A DNA stretch of 64,000 bases from Mesotaenium endlicherianum (lineage: Eukaryota), in contig WELA01003621.1 in NCBI GenBank assembly GCA_009602735.1, positions 1 through 64,000 on the forward strand, in the 5' to 3' direction. Both the position numbers and the translations under genes were made by a program. The notes beneath the pieces are model-generated. The model was not told where the DNA came from, searched no databases, and was given only the letters and a program-made list of their open reading frames with translations. Below are positions 1 through 10,015 of the stretch, piece after piece (the first letter of the stretch is position 1; each line of letters opens with the position of its first letter).

Positions 1-83
1 CATTCCAAAATCCGCTGAAACCCAATACAGACAATAATTTCAAAGAACTTTTTTATTCAACATCGAAACAACACTGAGTTTTT

Positions 84-311
84 ATGAAAACGAAGGGATG
101 GATACTGGCGGTGTGTTTGGTATTGCTGCTGCTGAATGCAGGATATTTACAGGCACAGTGTTCCATTTGTACCAAAACCGCTTCTCAAATGGGCGAAGGC
201 CCGGCCAAAGCCCTCAACTCTGCCATTATTTATTTAGCAGCGGCCCCGCTGCTCATCATGGGTTATATAGGCATGCGCTGGTGGAAGAACGAGAAAAACA
301 TGCACAAATAA
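84..311 (+). CDS. Small membrane protein with signal peptide, CxxC and C-terminal TM helix (conserved Bacteroidota hypothetical)
   Basis: 75 aa; hydrophobic N-terminus ending LQA, then QCSIC, a TM segment and a basic tail. Confidence 0.75.
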   Translation: MKTKGWILAVCLVLLLLNAGYLQAQCSICTKTASQMGEGPAKALNSAIIYLAAAPLLIMGYIGMRWWKNEKNMHK

Positions 312-326
312 CGCCTGACCGGATTT

Positions 327-1379
327 TCAATACAATCCCCGGTAGATCTCTATATACTGACGGGCCGTTTGTTGCCAGTTGAATGAATAAGCCCTTGCTT
401 TCAGTCTTTCCACCAAGCCCGTATCTGTTGAATAAACAGTCATTCCTCTTTGCAGAATTTCCCGCATATTCTCCGGATCAAAATCATTGAAATAAAAAGC
501 ATCTTCTCCTCCTATCTCGGGTAAAGAAGTCTGTGTTGATAAAAACACCGGCTTGCCAAACGCCATGGCTTCTATCACCGGTAAGCCGAACCCTTCTGCC
601 AGTGATGGAAATACAAATGCTTCACAATGCTGGTAATACCAATATTTTTCTGCTTCTGTTACCGGCCCTGTAAAATGTACCCTGCTTAGTACACCAGCCT
701 TCTGCGCAGCTGCTATAATCTCCTTTTTATATGCTTCATTCTGCACAATGCCCGCAATAACTAAATGGTTGTTGTTATTCACCAGCAGCGCCGGCAATAC
801 ATGAAAATTCTTTTTTACCACAATTGTTCCTATGGTAAATAAAAACGGGCTGCCAGGTTGCACAAGTGGGGCAGCAGGCAAAATATCCGCATTGATATTG
901 CATCCGTTATAAATAACCGTTGCCGGTTTGTTATTCAACTGAACATGAGCATGCAAATCGTCCAGTACAAATTGTGAAATGGTTGTAATATGATCTGCCC
1001 GGTCTATTTTATGCTGCAACGTCTGCAGGTAATTTTTTCTTTTAGTAACCGATTTAAAGTCTCCTTTTAAAAAATTCAAATCATGTACCGTTAATACAAT
1101 AGGTATCTTCCTGTTAGCAGGAAAATATTGACTGCCCTGGTGCGTTGCATGCCACACATTGTATCTGCCGGTAGCGGGCAATATCCATTTATGCACAGCA
1201 TGCTGGTATATATATTGCGCGTGACTGCCAAAAACAGGCCCGCATTTACGAGGCATGAAAAAAGAAATCGCTTCCTCCACAGTTTCTTTCAGCAACGAGC
1301 GACCCAATTGCAAACAGAAATGGTATAACCCCGTATGAGGGTATTTCATTCTTTCGCAATCGAGTATGATCTTATGCAT
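327..1379 (-). CDS. Glycosyltransferase family 4 (GT-B)
   Basis: TVHDL, KKN and FVFPSLAEGFGLPVIEAMAFGKPV motifs; start taken at ATG 1379 (MHKIILD) to avoid overlap with upstream gene. Confidence 0.9.
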   Translation of the reverse strand: MHKIILDCERMKYPHTGLYHFCLQLGRSLLKETVEEAISFFMPRKCGPVFGSHAQYIYQHAVHKWILPATGRYNVWHATHQGSQYFPANRKIPIVLTVHDLNFLKGDFKSVTKRKNYLQTLQHKIDRADHITTISQFVLDDLHAHVQLNNKPATVIYNGCNINADILPAAPLVQPGSPFLFTIGTIVVKKNFHVLPALLVNNNNHLVIAGIVQNEAYKKEIIAAAQKAGVLSRVHFTGPVTEAEKYWYYQHCEAFVFPSLAEGFGLPVIEAMAFGKPVFLSTQTSLPEIGGEDAFYFNDFDPENMREILQRGMTVYSTDTGLVERLKARAYSFNWQQTARQYIEIYRGLY

Positions 1380-1393
1380 GGGTCGGGTGTAAA

Positions 1394-2344
1394 TTATTTG
1401 ATCTTGTAAAACATTTTCAGGCAAAACAGCCATCGCCTGAGTTGGTTTCGCCGTTTATACGCCAGTATCCTGCGATTGTATCGAAAAAATAAGATCATTC
1501 TTTTGAAATTGTTCATCAACGAAAAATCCTGATACGACTGCATCACATCAGCCAGTATCTTTTTTTCATTCACCAGCGACTCGGGACATTTCTCATACTG
1601 CAATCGCATCCGTTCCCTGATTTGCGCCAGTTCTGTTTCTTTACCAGGCTTTTTCTTTTTCGCCGGCACCGGCTCTCCTTCCGCCTTCACTTTCGCAGCG
1701 CCAAACACATTGGCATTGTGCTGCCGGTATTGTACCAGCACCTTATCTACGAATTTGATTTTGCCTGTCAATGTAGCCACAAACCCAAGCCAATGATCGT
1801 GCGGTATCATAGGTGCCAATGGAACCGACGCTCTTACCAGGCTTCTCCTGATGATCATCGCATGTCCCGGCGCCGAATTGCCCACCAGAAAACTCAGGCA
1901 ATCATCAAAATCGCCCAACCTTTTAATATCCGATAATTTTTTCCCTGTCAGGTTGCCATTATAATCGATCAGTTCGGAATTGCAGTACACAACCGGGTGA
2001 TCGCCTATTTCCTGCATCAGCAGGCGCAGCTTTTGTTTATCCCAAATATCATCCTGATCACTGAGCGCCAGGAAATCACCGGCCGCCAACAGCATACCTT
2101 TTTCAAAATTGCGTACATAGCCGATGTTCTGTTCGTTGAAGAACAACCTGATATTGTTGAACCGTTCTGCATATTGCTTCAGCAGGTTCGCCGTACCATC
2201 TGTTGATCCATCATCTACGATGATCAATTCCAGGTTAGGATAAGTTTGTTCCAGGATGCTGTTGAGCTGTGCACCTATGAATCGTTCTCCGTTATAAGTG
2301 GCCATCACTACCGATACCAATGGTAATTCTGCTGCAGGATTCAT
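1394..2344 (-). CDS. Glycosyltransferase family 2 (rhamnosyltransferase-like)
   Basis: VSVVMATYNGERFI, DDGSTD, SDQDDIW, HDHW, YRQH motifs. Confidence 0.9.
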   Translation of the reverse strand: MNPAAELPLVSVVMATYNGERFIGAQLNSILEQTYPNLELIIVDDGSTDGTANLLKQYAERFNNIRLFFNEQNIGYVRNFEKGMLLAAGDFLALSDQDDIWDKQKLRLLMQEIGDHPVVYCNSELIDYNGNLTGKKLSDIKRLGDFDDCLSFLVGNSAPGHAMIIRRSLVRASVPLAPMIPHDHWLGFVATLTGKIKFVDKVLVQYRQHNANVFGAAKVKAEGEPVPAKKKKPGKETELAQIRERMRLQYEKCPESLVNEKKILADVMQSYQDFSLMNNFKRMILFFRYNRRILAYKRRNQLRRWLFCLKMFYKIK

Positions 2345-2351
2345 GTACTAT

Positions 2352-3251
2352 TTACAGGTATTGCTGAACGAAAGTAAATAAATTAAAACCAGGTTCTTCC
2401 AAAGCCCTTGTAACCGATCGCCGCATTTCTTCTTTGTCAATGGATGCCATTCTGTGTTTTTGGATGAGCCGGTAAGCCCTTTCAGTAAATAACCACGATT
2501 TTCTTTCCAGTAAACGTGCTGTATGCTGGTGTGCCACGATGGCTTCCATCAGGGTATCTATGCCTTCTTTCTGCGAAGCGATTGTTTTGATCACAGGTAC
2601 CTGCCATGCGCGCTGCTGAAATGCAGGCGCCAGCATTTGTTTCAGGTTTTTCACAAACAGATCGGCATCCGGCCTGTCGCTTTTATTTACCACAAATACA
2701 TCTGCAATTTCCATAAGCCCTGCTTTCATGGTCTGTACTTCATCTCCCGCTTCAGGCACCACTACTACTACTGTTGTATCGGCCAGTCCCGCTACTTCAA
2801 TCTCGCTTTGCCCAACACCCACGGTTTCAACAATGATCTCATCAAATCCTGCGGCCTGCATCAATGCAGTGATCTCAATCATTTGCGGATGAAGGCCCCC
2901 CAGCGCTCCCCTTGAAGCAAGTGAACGGATAAAAACATGCGGATGCTGGTACCATTCACTCATGCGAATCCTGTCGCCCAGCAATGCACCCAGGTTAAAG
3001 GGGGAAGATGGATCAACACAAAGCACACCCACTTTTTTCCCTTGCGCCACCCAGGCACCGATGAGCGCATCTACCAGCGTGCTTTTCCCGGCCCCGGGAG
3101 GGCCTGTAATACCTGTTATGGCAGTTTTTCCGGAAGGCAACCGGCTCAGGAACGTCTCGTAACCACTCACCGCATTTTCCACGAGGGAAATACTTCTGGC
3201 AAGTGCTTTAAAGTCGCCCTGGCTCACACCTGTTATGAACTGCTCCCACAT
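2352..3251 (-). CDS. meaB: Methylmalonyl-CoA mutase-associated GTPase MeaB/ArgK
   Basis: GITGPPGAGKST, VDPSSPF..GALLGDRIRM, ETVGVGQSE, NKSD. Confidence 0.92.
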   Translation of the reverse strand: MWEQFITGVSQGDFKALARSISLVENAVSGYETFLSRLPSGKTAITGITGPPGAGKSTLVDALIGAWVAQGKKVGVLCVDPSSPFNLGALLGDRIRMSEWYQHPHVFIRSLASRGALGGLHPQMIEITALMQAAGFDEIIVETVGVGQSEIEVAGLADTTVVVVVPEAGDEVQTMKAGLMEIADVFVVNKSDRPDADLFVKNLKQMLAPAFQQRAWQVPVIKTIASQKEGIDTLMEAIVAHQHTARLLERKSWLFTERAYRLIQKHRMASIDKEEMRRSVTRALEEPGFNLFTFVQQYL

Positions 3252-3270
3252 AGTTCTAAATATAGACCTA

Positions 3271-4143
3271 TTATTTCAACAACCGGTAATTCCTGAAATC
3301 AAACGGCCTGATGCCGGTAAGCCGCTCAAAATAATAAAGGAGCCTGTCTTTCAATGAAAACCGCTTCCTGGTAATATCCAATTCTACCTGCCAGTTCTTG
3401 CGCGCGATCCTGTCTTCCATCACCGCCGGATGGGTATCCGAAAAGCGTTGTAACGAATCGAATTCATTGAAATCATAAAAGTCAGGGCTCGTAATCACCG
3501 ATCGTATGTTGGCATTGCTATCCCAATACTGGCTGATCTCTTTTTGCTTCTTCATCATTTGCTCAGGACTCTTTACCCAGCCATAGTGATAGATATAAGC
3601 ATCTGCCGGTTTCACCCACAATTTCCTTTCACCTACGCGAAACCCCTGCGCATCTTTATATGCGGCGATCTTTTTATCATTCCGGATGATACGTACTTCG
3701 TGATCGTACCATTTACGGCTATCGCCCACATAATCATACGTACCATAAAAATGGAGGTATTTGAAAAGCAATCCTTCTACTCTTTTATCATCTTTATATC
3801 GTATACAAGCCTCTTTAATAGCCGGATGGTATTTTTCGTGCACTACTTCATCGCCCTGGATATAAAAAGCCCAATCACTTTCGGGATCGATCAATTGAAA
3901 AGCCTTGTTCGTTTCAACCGCCAGTACCGATCCGCCGCTGCGTAAGCCGGAATCCCAGACCGACCGGTGTATGCGGATCTTGGGGTCGTTGATCGACTGC
4001 ATCAGTCCCAATGTATCATCAGAAGAATCTCCTACCAATACGATCATTTCATCCACTACCGGCAGAATAGAGCGAATTGCTTCTACAATGGGGTAGTCGT
4101 TCATCACAGCATTGCGAATGATCGTAAAACCTGAAATTTTCAT
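3271..4143 (-). CDS. Glycosyltransferase family 2
   Basis: ISGFTIIRNA..DYP, QGDE, YHYGWVK motifs of a Bacteroidota GT2 subfamily. Confidence 0.85.
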   Translation of the reverse strand: MKISGFTIIRNAVMNDYPIVEAIRSILPVVDEMIVLVGDSSDDTLGLMQSINDPKIRIHRSVWDSGLRSGGSVLAVETNKAFQLIDPESDWAFYIQGDEVVHEKYHPAIKEACIRYKDDKRVEGLLFKYLHFYGTYDYVGDSRKWYDHEVRIIRNDKKIAAYKDAQGFRVGERKLWVKPADAYIYHYGWVKSPEQMMKKQKEISQYWDSNANIRSVITSPDFYDFNEFDSLQRFSDTHPAVMEDRIARKNWQVELDITRKRFSLKDRLLYYFERLTGIRPFDFRNYRLLK

Positions 4144-4201
4144 AGTCCGAAATTGTCACGGCAAAGAAAGGCTTTAATTTTGACCTGTAACATACCCGCT
4201 T

Positions 4202-4972
4202 ATGCCAACAACCCTCTGCTTCGATTTTGGGAACACCCGCTTCAAATCTGCCGTATTTGAAAACGACGAGATCAAAGAAGTAGTGGTATTGGAAAACGAT
4301 ACGCCCGATGCCATTCGCCCGCTGGTAGAAAAATACAAACCTTCCCGATCGATCCTTTCTTCTGTGATCAGGCATAACGCTGAAACGGAAACTTTCCTGG
4401 CGGCACATACACAATTCCACAAGCTCGACCACCATAGTCAATTGCCCTTCACCTCACCGGTAGGCAAGCCCGAGACCATTGGAGCCGACAGGCTGGCCAT
4501 TTGTGCAGCGGCTGTTCAACTATTCCCGCACCAGCACAACCTGGCCATCGGGCTGGGTACCTGCATCACCTATAATTATATCAGCCCCGTTCATGAATTC
4601 CTGGGAGGCAGCATCTCTCCCGGCCTCAATATGCGTTTCAGGGCCATGCACGAACAAACCGCTCTGCTGCCCCTGGTAAGCCCTGAAAACAGGTTTCCGC
4701 TGATAGGTTATGATACCAAAACCAATATTTTGAGCGGTGTGATACTGGGAATGGCCAAAGAAATAGATGGAATAATTGATGCTTATGCATTGAAATACAG
4801 CAACTTTAACGTGCTGTTAACCGGGGGTGATATGGGTTTTTTTGTCTCACATCTAAAAAACAGGATATTTGCCGACCCTTATTTAATCTTTAAAGGCCTC
4901 TATGCGATCAGTGAGTACAACAGTGGCCAGGCTTTGCCTGGCTCTATTAGTAACCGGAACCACCCTGCTTAG
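4202..4972 (+). CDS. coaX: Type III pantothenate kinase
   Basis: DFGNTRFK, GADR, LGTCIT, GGSISPG, TGGD motifs. Confidence 0.93.
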   Translation: MPTTLCFDFGNTRFKSAVFENDEIKEVVVLENDTPDAIRPLVEKYKPSRSILSSVIRHNAETETFLAAHTQFHKLDHHSQLPFTSPVGKPETIGADRLAICAAAVQLFPHQHNLAIGLGTCITYNYISPVHEFLGGSISPGLNMRFRAMHEQTALLPLVSPENRFPLIGYDTKTNILSGVILGMAKEIDGIIDAYALKYSNFNVLLTGGDMGFFVSHLKNRIFADPYLIFKGLYAISEYNSGQALPGSISNRNHPA

Positions 4973-6275
4973 TGCTGTTGCACAAGAGAATTCTCCCTTT
5001 GCACGTTACGGACTTGGTAATATTTATAGCGGATCCAATGTGGTGAGCCGCTCCATGGGTGGACTGGGTGTTGCCTATGCAGATGGCCTGAACAATAATG
5101 TGGGGCAATCCGTCAACTTCAGCAACCCCGCTACTTACGGGAACCTGTACATGACTTCTTTTGACCTGGGGCTGATGATCGATTCCCGCACGTTGCGCAG
5201 CAATAATCCTTCGGGCCATTTCCAGTCGAACTATTTCATCCCTACTTATGTGGTGGTGGGAATGCCCCTGAACCGCAAAAAAGGATGGGGTCTGGCTTTT
5301 GGCCTGCGACCTGTTACCAGGATCAATTATTCTGTTCACACTTTTGAACAGATCAGGACCGACAGCCTCGTCAATGTGTATGAAGGCTCTGGTGGATTGA
5401 ACCAGTTTTTTGTGGGATTAGGCAAAAAATGGAAATCGCTCAACATCGGTTTTAATGCGGGCTATCATTTCGGAAACAAGGATATTTCTACTAAAAAAGC
5501 TTTCGTGAACGATACGGTTTTCCATTACCAGTCGAACTCTTTTACCAATACGCATTTCAACGGCCTCTTCTTTGATGCCGGTATGCAGTATGAAATAAAG
5601 CTGAGCAAGAAAGAATTCAAAGAAAAAAAATCCACCGATCAGTATGCACTCCGTTTCGGAGCCACTGCCAGCCTGAAGCAGCAATTATCTGCTTCGCAGG
5701 ATATCGGCCGCCAGACCTATACGCAGACTTCCAATGGCGAAGTGACCATCGACAGTATTTACGAAGTAAAGAATATCAAAGGCAAAATAACCCTGCCTTT
5801 CAGTTATGCAGGCGGTATCACTTTCCATAAAACAACCACAGGTGTAAGAGGTGCATTCGAAATGTGGTCGATCGGTGCAGAATATGCTGTTACACAATGG
5901 ACCCAATACCGTTTTTATGGACAAACCGAGCCACTGGTGAATAGCTGGCAGATGAAAGTGGGTGGACAGTTCTGTCCGAATCCCATCAATGGAAAAAATT
6001 ACTGGAGCAATGTCAATTACCGTGCAGGGGTATACTACGGTAAGGATTACGTGAACCCCGACGGCAATGGGTTGAAACAATTCGGTGTCTCCCTCGGCGC
6101 CGGCCTGCCGGTAAAAAAATGGCGCTCTTACGACTACCAGTTCACCACCATCAATACTGCCTTTGAGTTTGGCAAACGCGGGTCCAGTGTTAACAATATC
6201 ACAGAAAATTATTTTCAGTTATCTTTCGGACTTAGTTTGAGCGACATTTGGTTCCAGAAACGCAAGTATGATTAA
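4902..6275 (+). CDS. Outer membrane beta-barrel protein (FadL-like, conserved between coaX and lptC)
   Basis: Signal peptide, NSPFARYGLG and NPA N-terminal motifs, C-terminal WFQKRKYD; conserved Bacteroidota synteny. Confidence 0.8.
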   Translation: MRSVSTTVARLCLALLVTGTTLLSAVAQENSPFARYGLGNIYSGSNVVSRSMGGLGVAYADGLNNNVGQSVNFSNPATYGNLYMTSFDLGLMIDSRTLRSNNPSGHFQSNYFIPTYVVVGMPLNRKKGWGLAFGLRPVTRINYSVHTFEQIRTDSLVNVYEGSGGLNQFFVGLGKKWKSLNIGFNAGYHFGNKDISTKKAFVNDTVFHYQSNSFTNTHFNGLFFDAGMQYEIKLSKKEFKEKKSTDQYALRFGATASLKQQLSASQDIGRQTYTQTSNGEVTIDSIYEVKNIKGKITLPFSYAGGITFHKTTTGVRGAFEMWSIGAEYAVTQWTQYRFYGQTEPLVNSWQMKVGGQFCPNPINGKNYWSNVNYRAGVYYGKDYVNPDGNGLKQFGVSLGAGLPVKKWRSYDYQFTTINTAFEFGKRGSSVNNITENYFQLSFGLSLSDIWFQKRKYD

Positions 6276-6882
6276 TCGCAGGATACATAAAAAACTAATT
6301 ACAGCAGCCGTGATCACCGGCTGCTTTTTTATGTTCGCCTGCGAAAATGATGTGAATGAAGTGAGAGCGTTGGGTAAGCGAAAGCCCGGCGTTGACGAAG
6401 GACGCAAAATTGAAAGTTACCTGAGTGTAGGAGGTCATATGCGGGCCAAGCTGATTGCACCTCTGATGTTAAGTTTCCAGGGCGATAGCGCACGCAAAGC
6501 CGAATTTCCTAAATCGCTGCACGTTGATTTTTATAATGACAGCCTGGTAATCGAAAGTCAGCTCGGCGCCAAATACGGGCGCTACCTTGAAGGAGAAAAC
6601 AAAGTATTCCTGAAAGACAGTGTGGTAGCGTTCAATATCAAAGGAGATACATTGTTTGCCAAAGAACTTTACTGGGACCAGTCCCTCGGCCAGTTCCATA
6701 CCGATAAAGAAGTGACCATCAGTCAACGTACCCCCCGCCAAAAACTGATCGGACTGAAAGGTATCCGCTGCAACCAGGATTTGTCGAACATCACACTGTT
6801 CGACCTCAAGCCCGGCAGCTTTTTCATTGTTCCCGACAGCACTTCTACGGCCAAAGACACAAGTAAAACCGTAATAAAGTAA
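6268..6882 (+). CDS. lptC: LPS export ABC transporter periplasmic protein LptC
   Basis: Lipobox-like FAC; EFPKSLHVDFY, GDTLFAKELYWDQ, FHTDKEVTI typical of Bacteroidota LptC. Confidence 0.82.
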   Translation: MINRRIHKKLITAAVITGCFFMFACENDVNEVRALGKRKPGVDEGRKIESYLSVGGHMRAKLIAPLMLSFQGDSARKAEFPKSLHVDFYNDSLVIESQLGAKYGRYLEGENKVFLKDSVVAFNIKGDTLFAKELYWDQSLGQFHTDKEVTISQRTPRQKLIGLKGIRCNQDLSNITLFDLKPGSFFIVPDSTSTAKDTSKTVIK

Positions 6883-6906
6883 ATTGCGAATGGATGAGGT
6901 GAAGAA

Positions 6907-6985
6907 CGTCATCCTGAGCGAGCGAAGCGAGTCGAAGGACCTGCTGGTACTTCGAGCAAATCCCTCGACTACGCTCGGGATGACG
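6907..6985. repeat. REP-like intergenic palindromic element
   Basis: Terminal inverted repeat CGTCATCCTGAGCG / CGCTCGGGATGACG and inner stem AGTCGAAGGA / TCCCTCGACT; GC-rich hairpin with no U tract. Confidence 0.75.
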
Positions 6986-7005
6986 AATAAAATAAATCAA
7001 ATAAT

Positions 7006-7995
7006 ATGGAATATCGCAGGATGGGCAAGACCGGCCTACAACTCAGTGTGCTCAGCTATGGCAGTTGGGTAACTTTCCACAAACAGATCAACGATGGCAT
7101 TGCCGATGAATTGATGGGACTCGCTTATGACGCCGGCATTAATTTTTTCGACAATGCAGAAGTATATGCCCTGGGCGAGAGTGAGCAAATGATGGGCCGG
7201 GTATTGAAGAAAAAAAACTGGGACCGTACCTCTTATACCCTTTCTTCCAAAGCGTATTTCGGATGGAGGGGTAAACAAAACAAGCCCAACCAGACCGGCC
7301 TCAGCCGCAAACACCTGGTAGAAGCCTGCCACGAAGCCTTGCAACGCCTGCAAACAGATTACCTGGATATTTATTTCTGTCACCGTCCCGACCCTGCTGT
7401 ACCCATTGAAGAAGTAGTGTGGACCATGCACAACTTGATACAACAAGGCAAAGTGTTGTATTGGGGCACCAGCCAGTGGAGCGGTGCAGAGATCATGGAA
7501 GCCCATCGCGCAGCGCAACAGTATCACCTCATCGCCCCTACGGTTGAGCAACCGCAATACAATATGTTCGAACGTTTTAAGATGGAGCAGGATTACCTGC
7601 CGGTATTCAGGAACGTTGGACTGGGTACTACCATTTGGAGTCCGCTCGCCGCCGGTTTCCTTACAGGCAAATACAACAACGGTATTCCGGAAGGATCGAG
7701 ACTGGCATTGGAAGGATTCGACTGGTTAAAAGACCGCTGGGTGCAGGAAGCCAAAATAGAAAAGGCGAAGCAATTGCTACTCCTGGCCAATGAACTCGGC
7801 GTATCCCTTGCCAGCCTGGCCATTGCCTGGACCATTCACAACCCGCATGTAACCACCGCTATCCTGGGCGCTACAAAAGCATCGCAACTGGAAGAAAATC
7901 TGAAAGCGCTGGAGGCGTTGCCATTGCTTACCACGGAAGTAATTGAACGGATTGAAAAAATATTACAGAACAAGCCGGTAATGGATCTTTCCTGA
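7006..7995 (+). CDS. Aldo/keto reductase (Kv-beta/Tas-like)
   Basis: MEYRRMGKTGL, FFDNAEVY, LQTDYLDIYFCHRPD, YWGTSQW, WSPLAAG. Confidence 0.93.
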   Translation: MEYRRMGKTGLQLSVLSYGSWVTFHKQINDGIADELMGLAYDAGINFFDNAEVYALGESEQMMGRVLKKKNWDRTSYTLSSKAYFGWRGKQNKPNQTGLSRKHLVEACHEALQRLQTDYLDIYFCHRPDPAVPIEEVVWTMHNLIQQGKVLYWGTSQWSGAEIMEAHRAAQQYHLIAPTVEQPQYNMFERFKMEQDYLPVFRNVGLGTTIWSPLAAGFLTGKYNNGIPEGSRLALEGFDWLKDRWVQEAKIEKAKQLLLLANELGVSLASLAIAWTIHNPHVTTAILGATKASQLEENLKALEALPLLTTEVIERIEKILQNKPVMDLS

Positions 7996-8051
7996 CGCGT
8001 TCTGTTTTCGGAAACCCGGTTCATTTTAGACGATTAAACACTGATTACAAC

Positions 8052-8657
8052 ATGAGATGCTTTATCCTGTGCATACTTACCTGTTCCCTGACGCTTGCCC
8101 ATGCGCAGCATTTTCAACAGGCGCTATCATTGTTAACCGAGAATAAAAGAACCGAAGCCAAGAGGTTGCTGAACAAACGGATTGAAATTTATGGCGATAA
8201 TGAAGATACCGAGTACAAGCAACTGGAATTGCTGGTAAAAAGAAGCGATATCGACGGACTGATCAAAGAATTGGGAAAAGCCTATCAGCGCTATCCCGAC
8301 AATGTTCCATTCGCCAACATGAAATACAACCCCGAGGCCAATGTAAACAAAGACAAGAGCAAAGCCGATACAGTGCTTGAAACTTTCCTGAGCAACCATT
8401 ATAACGAACAACTGCTTGACATATTGGTGAACGATAAGATGGCCCTTGGCAAAAAAGAAGAAGCACCTAAAAATGTTAGCTACAGCTGCCCTGCACTCAA
8501 TTATAGCCTGCATTTTGAAGTCAAACCCGACAGGGTCATTGCTACACGGGAAGTAAAATACCTGGCAGAAGAAGTCCCCACCAGTGAATTTGCAGCATTT
8601 AAAGAAGCGCTCAACAAAATGGTGGCGGCAGACAAAAAGCAGATCGCATTCAAATAA
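8052..8657 (+). pseudogene. Probable internally deleted remnant of a secreted TPR + DUF3857/transglutaminase-like protein (ORF still open, 201 aa)
   Basis: Signal peptide and TPR-like helices joined abruptly to a C-terminus (PKNVSY..YSLHFEV..REVKY..VPTSEFAAFKE..AADKKQIAFK) resembling the end of DUF3857/DUF3858 proteins; no transglutaminase core. Confidence 0.5.
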
Positions 8658-8716
8658 AAACGACCTGCCTTTCCAACTTTTTCGCCAGCCTGCACTCTTA
8701 TAAACGGATTTTCCGA

Positions 8717-9268
8717 TTGGAACAGGCAAATAACATACAAACGGCTGTTGTGAGAAGGGCCAGTAAAGGTGATGCAGCGGCGCAGGCTTTATTGTACAAG
8801 CAGTACAGCAAAGCCATGTTCAACATCTGCACGCGTATGACCGGCAATCTCAACGATGCGGAGGACATCCTACAGGATGCTTTCGTAATCGCCTTTCGCA
8901 GCATGTACCAATTGAGAGAGGCTGCGCAGTTCGGCGGCTGGTTAAAGCGCATTGTGGTAAACGAATGCATCCGTTTCAGCAAAAAAAACACCCGTTGGAA
9001 TGAATGGAATGACCAGATGAATGATGTGCCGGCTGATGATGCTTCCGAATGGTGGACCAGCATCAGCCTTGATCTCATACACCGTGAGATCAAGGGTTTG
9101 CCCGATGGTTGCCGGCAGGTATTCAACCTTTATGTACTGGAAGATTACAGCCATAAAGAGATTGCCGAAAGCCTGGCCATATCGGAATCTACCAGCAAAA
9201 GCCAGTATCGGAGGGCCAAACAATTATTAAAAGAACGCATCACCGCGCAAATACAGGTTCATGGATGA
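8717..9268 (+). CDS. ECF RNA polymerase sigma-70 factor
   Basis: DAEDILQDAF, WLKRIVVN, LPDGCRQVFNLYVLEDYSHKEIAESL, SKSQYRRAK; TTG start. Confidence 0.93.
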   Translation: MEQANNIQTAVVRRASKGDAAAQALLYKQYSKAMFNICTRMTGNLNDAEDILQDAFVIAFRSMYQLREAAQFGGWLKRIVVNECIRFSKKNTRWNEWNDQMNDVPADDASEWWTSISLDLIHREIKGLPDGCRQVFNLYVLEDYSHKEIAESLAISESTSKSQYRRAKQLLKERITAQIQVHG

Positions 9269-9995
9269 ATTGAAAAAATATTTGAAAGAACATGCCAGCC
9301 AGCTCAACCACGACGAGCCGGGCGAGGAGTTATGGCAACGGATACAGGAAAGAACTACCAACGCTGCTCAAACGCCCGTTATAATGCCGGTTATGAAATG
9401 GATGGCGGCAGCCTGTGTTATACTGATGGCCGGTATCGGCAGCTGGTACTTGCTGCACCCAAAAAACATGCACATTGATCCGGTTGCAACTACACATAAA
9501 AATAATCCGGTACAAGCGATCAGTCCTGTTGAAGTACAGCAACCCATCGAAGAACAGGATTTGCGGGTTGTTACTTCCGATGATAAACAGAACCCGTCTG
9601 TGCAGCATGTGGGTCGTTCAGTTAAACATAAGGCGTTGCCACCGGCAACGGATCCTGACTACAGTTTGGTACACAATATCGAGTCCAGCTTTACCCAGGT
9701 GATCAACCTGCAACGCAACAAATTGAATAGTACACCCATCTATGCCGAGTCGCCCGCGTATTTCAACGACTTCAAAGTGCAACTCAAACAGATGGAAAAA
9801 GATGAAAAGCAGATCAAGGAAGACATCGCTAAAAATGGCATTAATGATGAATTGATTACCCAGCTCATCAATATATACCAGCAAAAATTGAATATGCTGA
9901 AACAATTACAAATAGAAATGAACAAACTCAATAACCGGTTCAAAAAAGAGCGTGTTCCGGCAGACAGTACGCAGACTTATTTTCTGAACATGTAA
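9261..9995 (+). CDS. Putative anti-sigma factor (single TM)
   Basis: Overlaps sigma stop; N-terminal EPGEELWQRI, WMAAACVIL TM segment, C-terminal coiled coil. Confidence 0.75.
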   Translation: MDELKKYLKEHASQLNHDEPGEELWQRIQERTTNAAQTPVIMPVMKWMAAACVILMAGIGSWYLLHPKNMHIDPVATTHKNNPVQAISPVEVQQPIEEQDLRVVTSDDKQNPSVQHVGRSVKHKALPPATDPDYSLVHNIESSFTQVINLQRNKLNSTPIYAESPAYFNDFKVQLKQMEKDEKQIKEDIAKNGINDELITQLINIYQQKLNMLKQLQIEMNKLNNRFKKERVPADSTQTYFLNM

Positions 9996-10015
9996 ATCTC
10001 CTAAACACCCCCTAT

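Noticed and set aside
4902..4972. 71-bp coaX/OMP overlap as possible frameshift or recoding
   Set aside because: Both proteins are complete; the coaX tail is simply a short extension over the next signal peptide
6884..7072. 62-aa ORF MRMDEVKNVILSERSESKDL...
   Set aside because: Translation of the palindromic repeat, overlapping the aldo/keto reductase start in another frame
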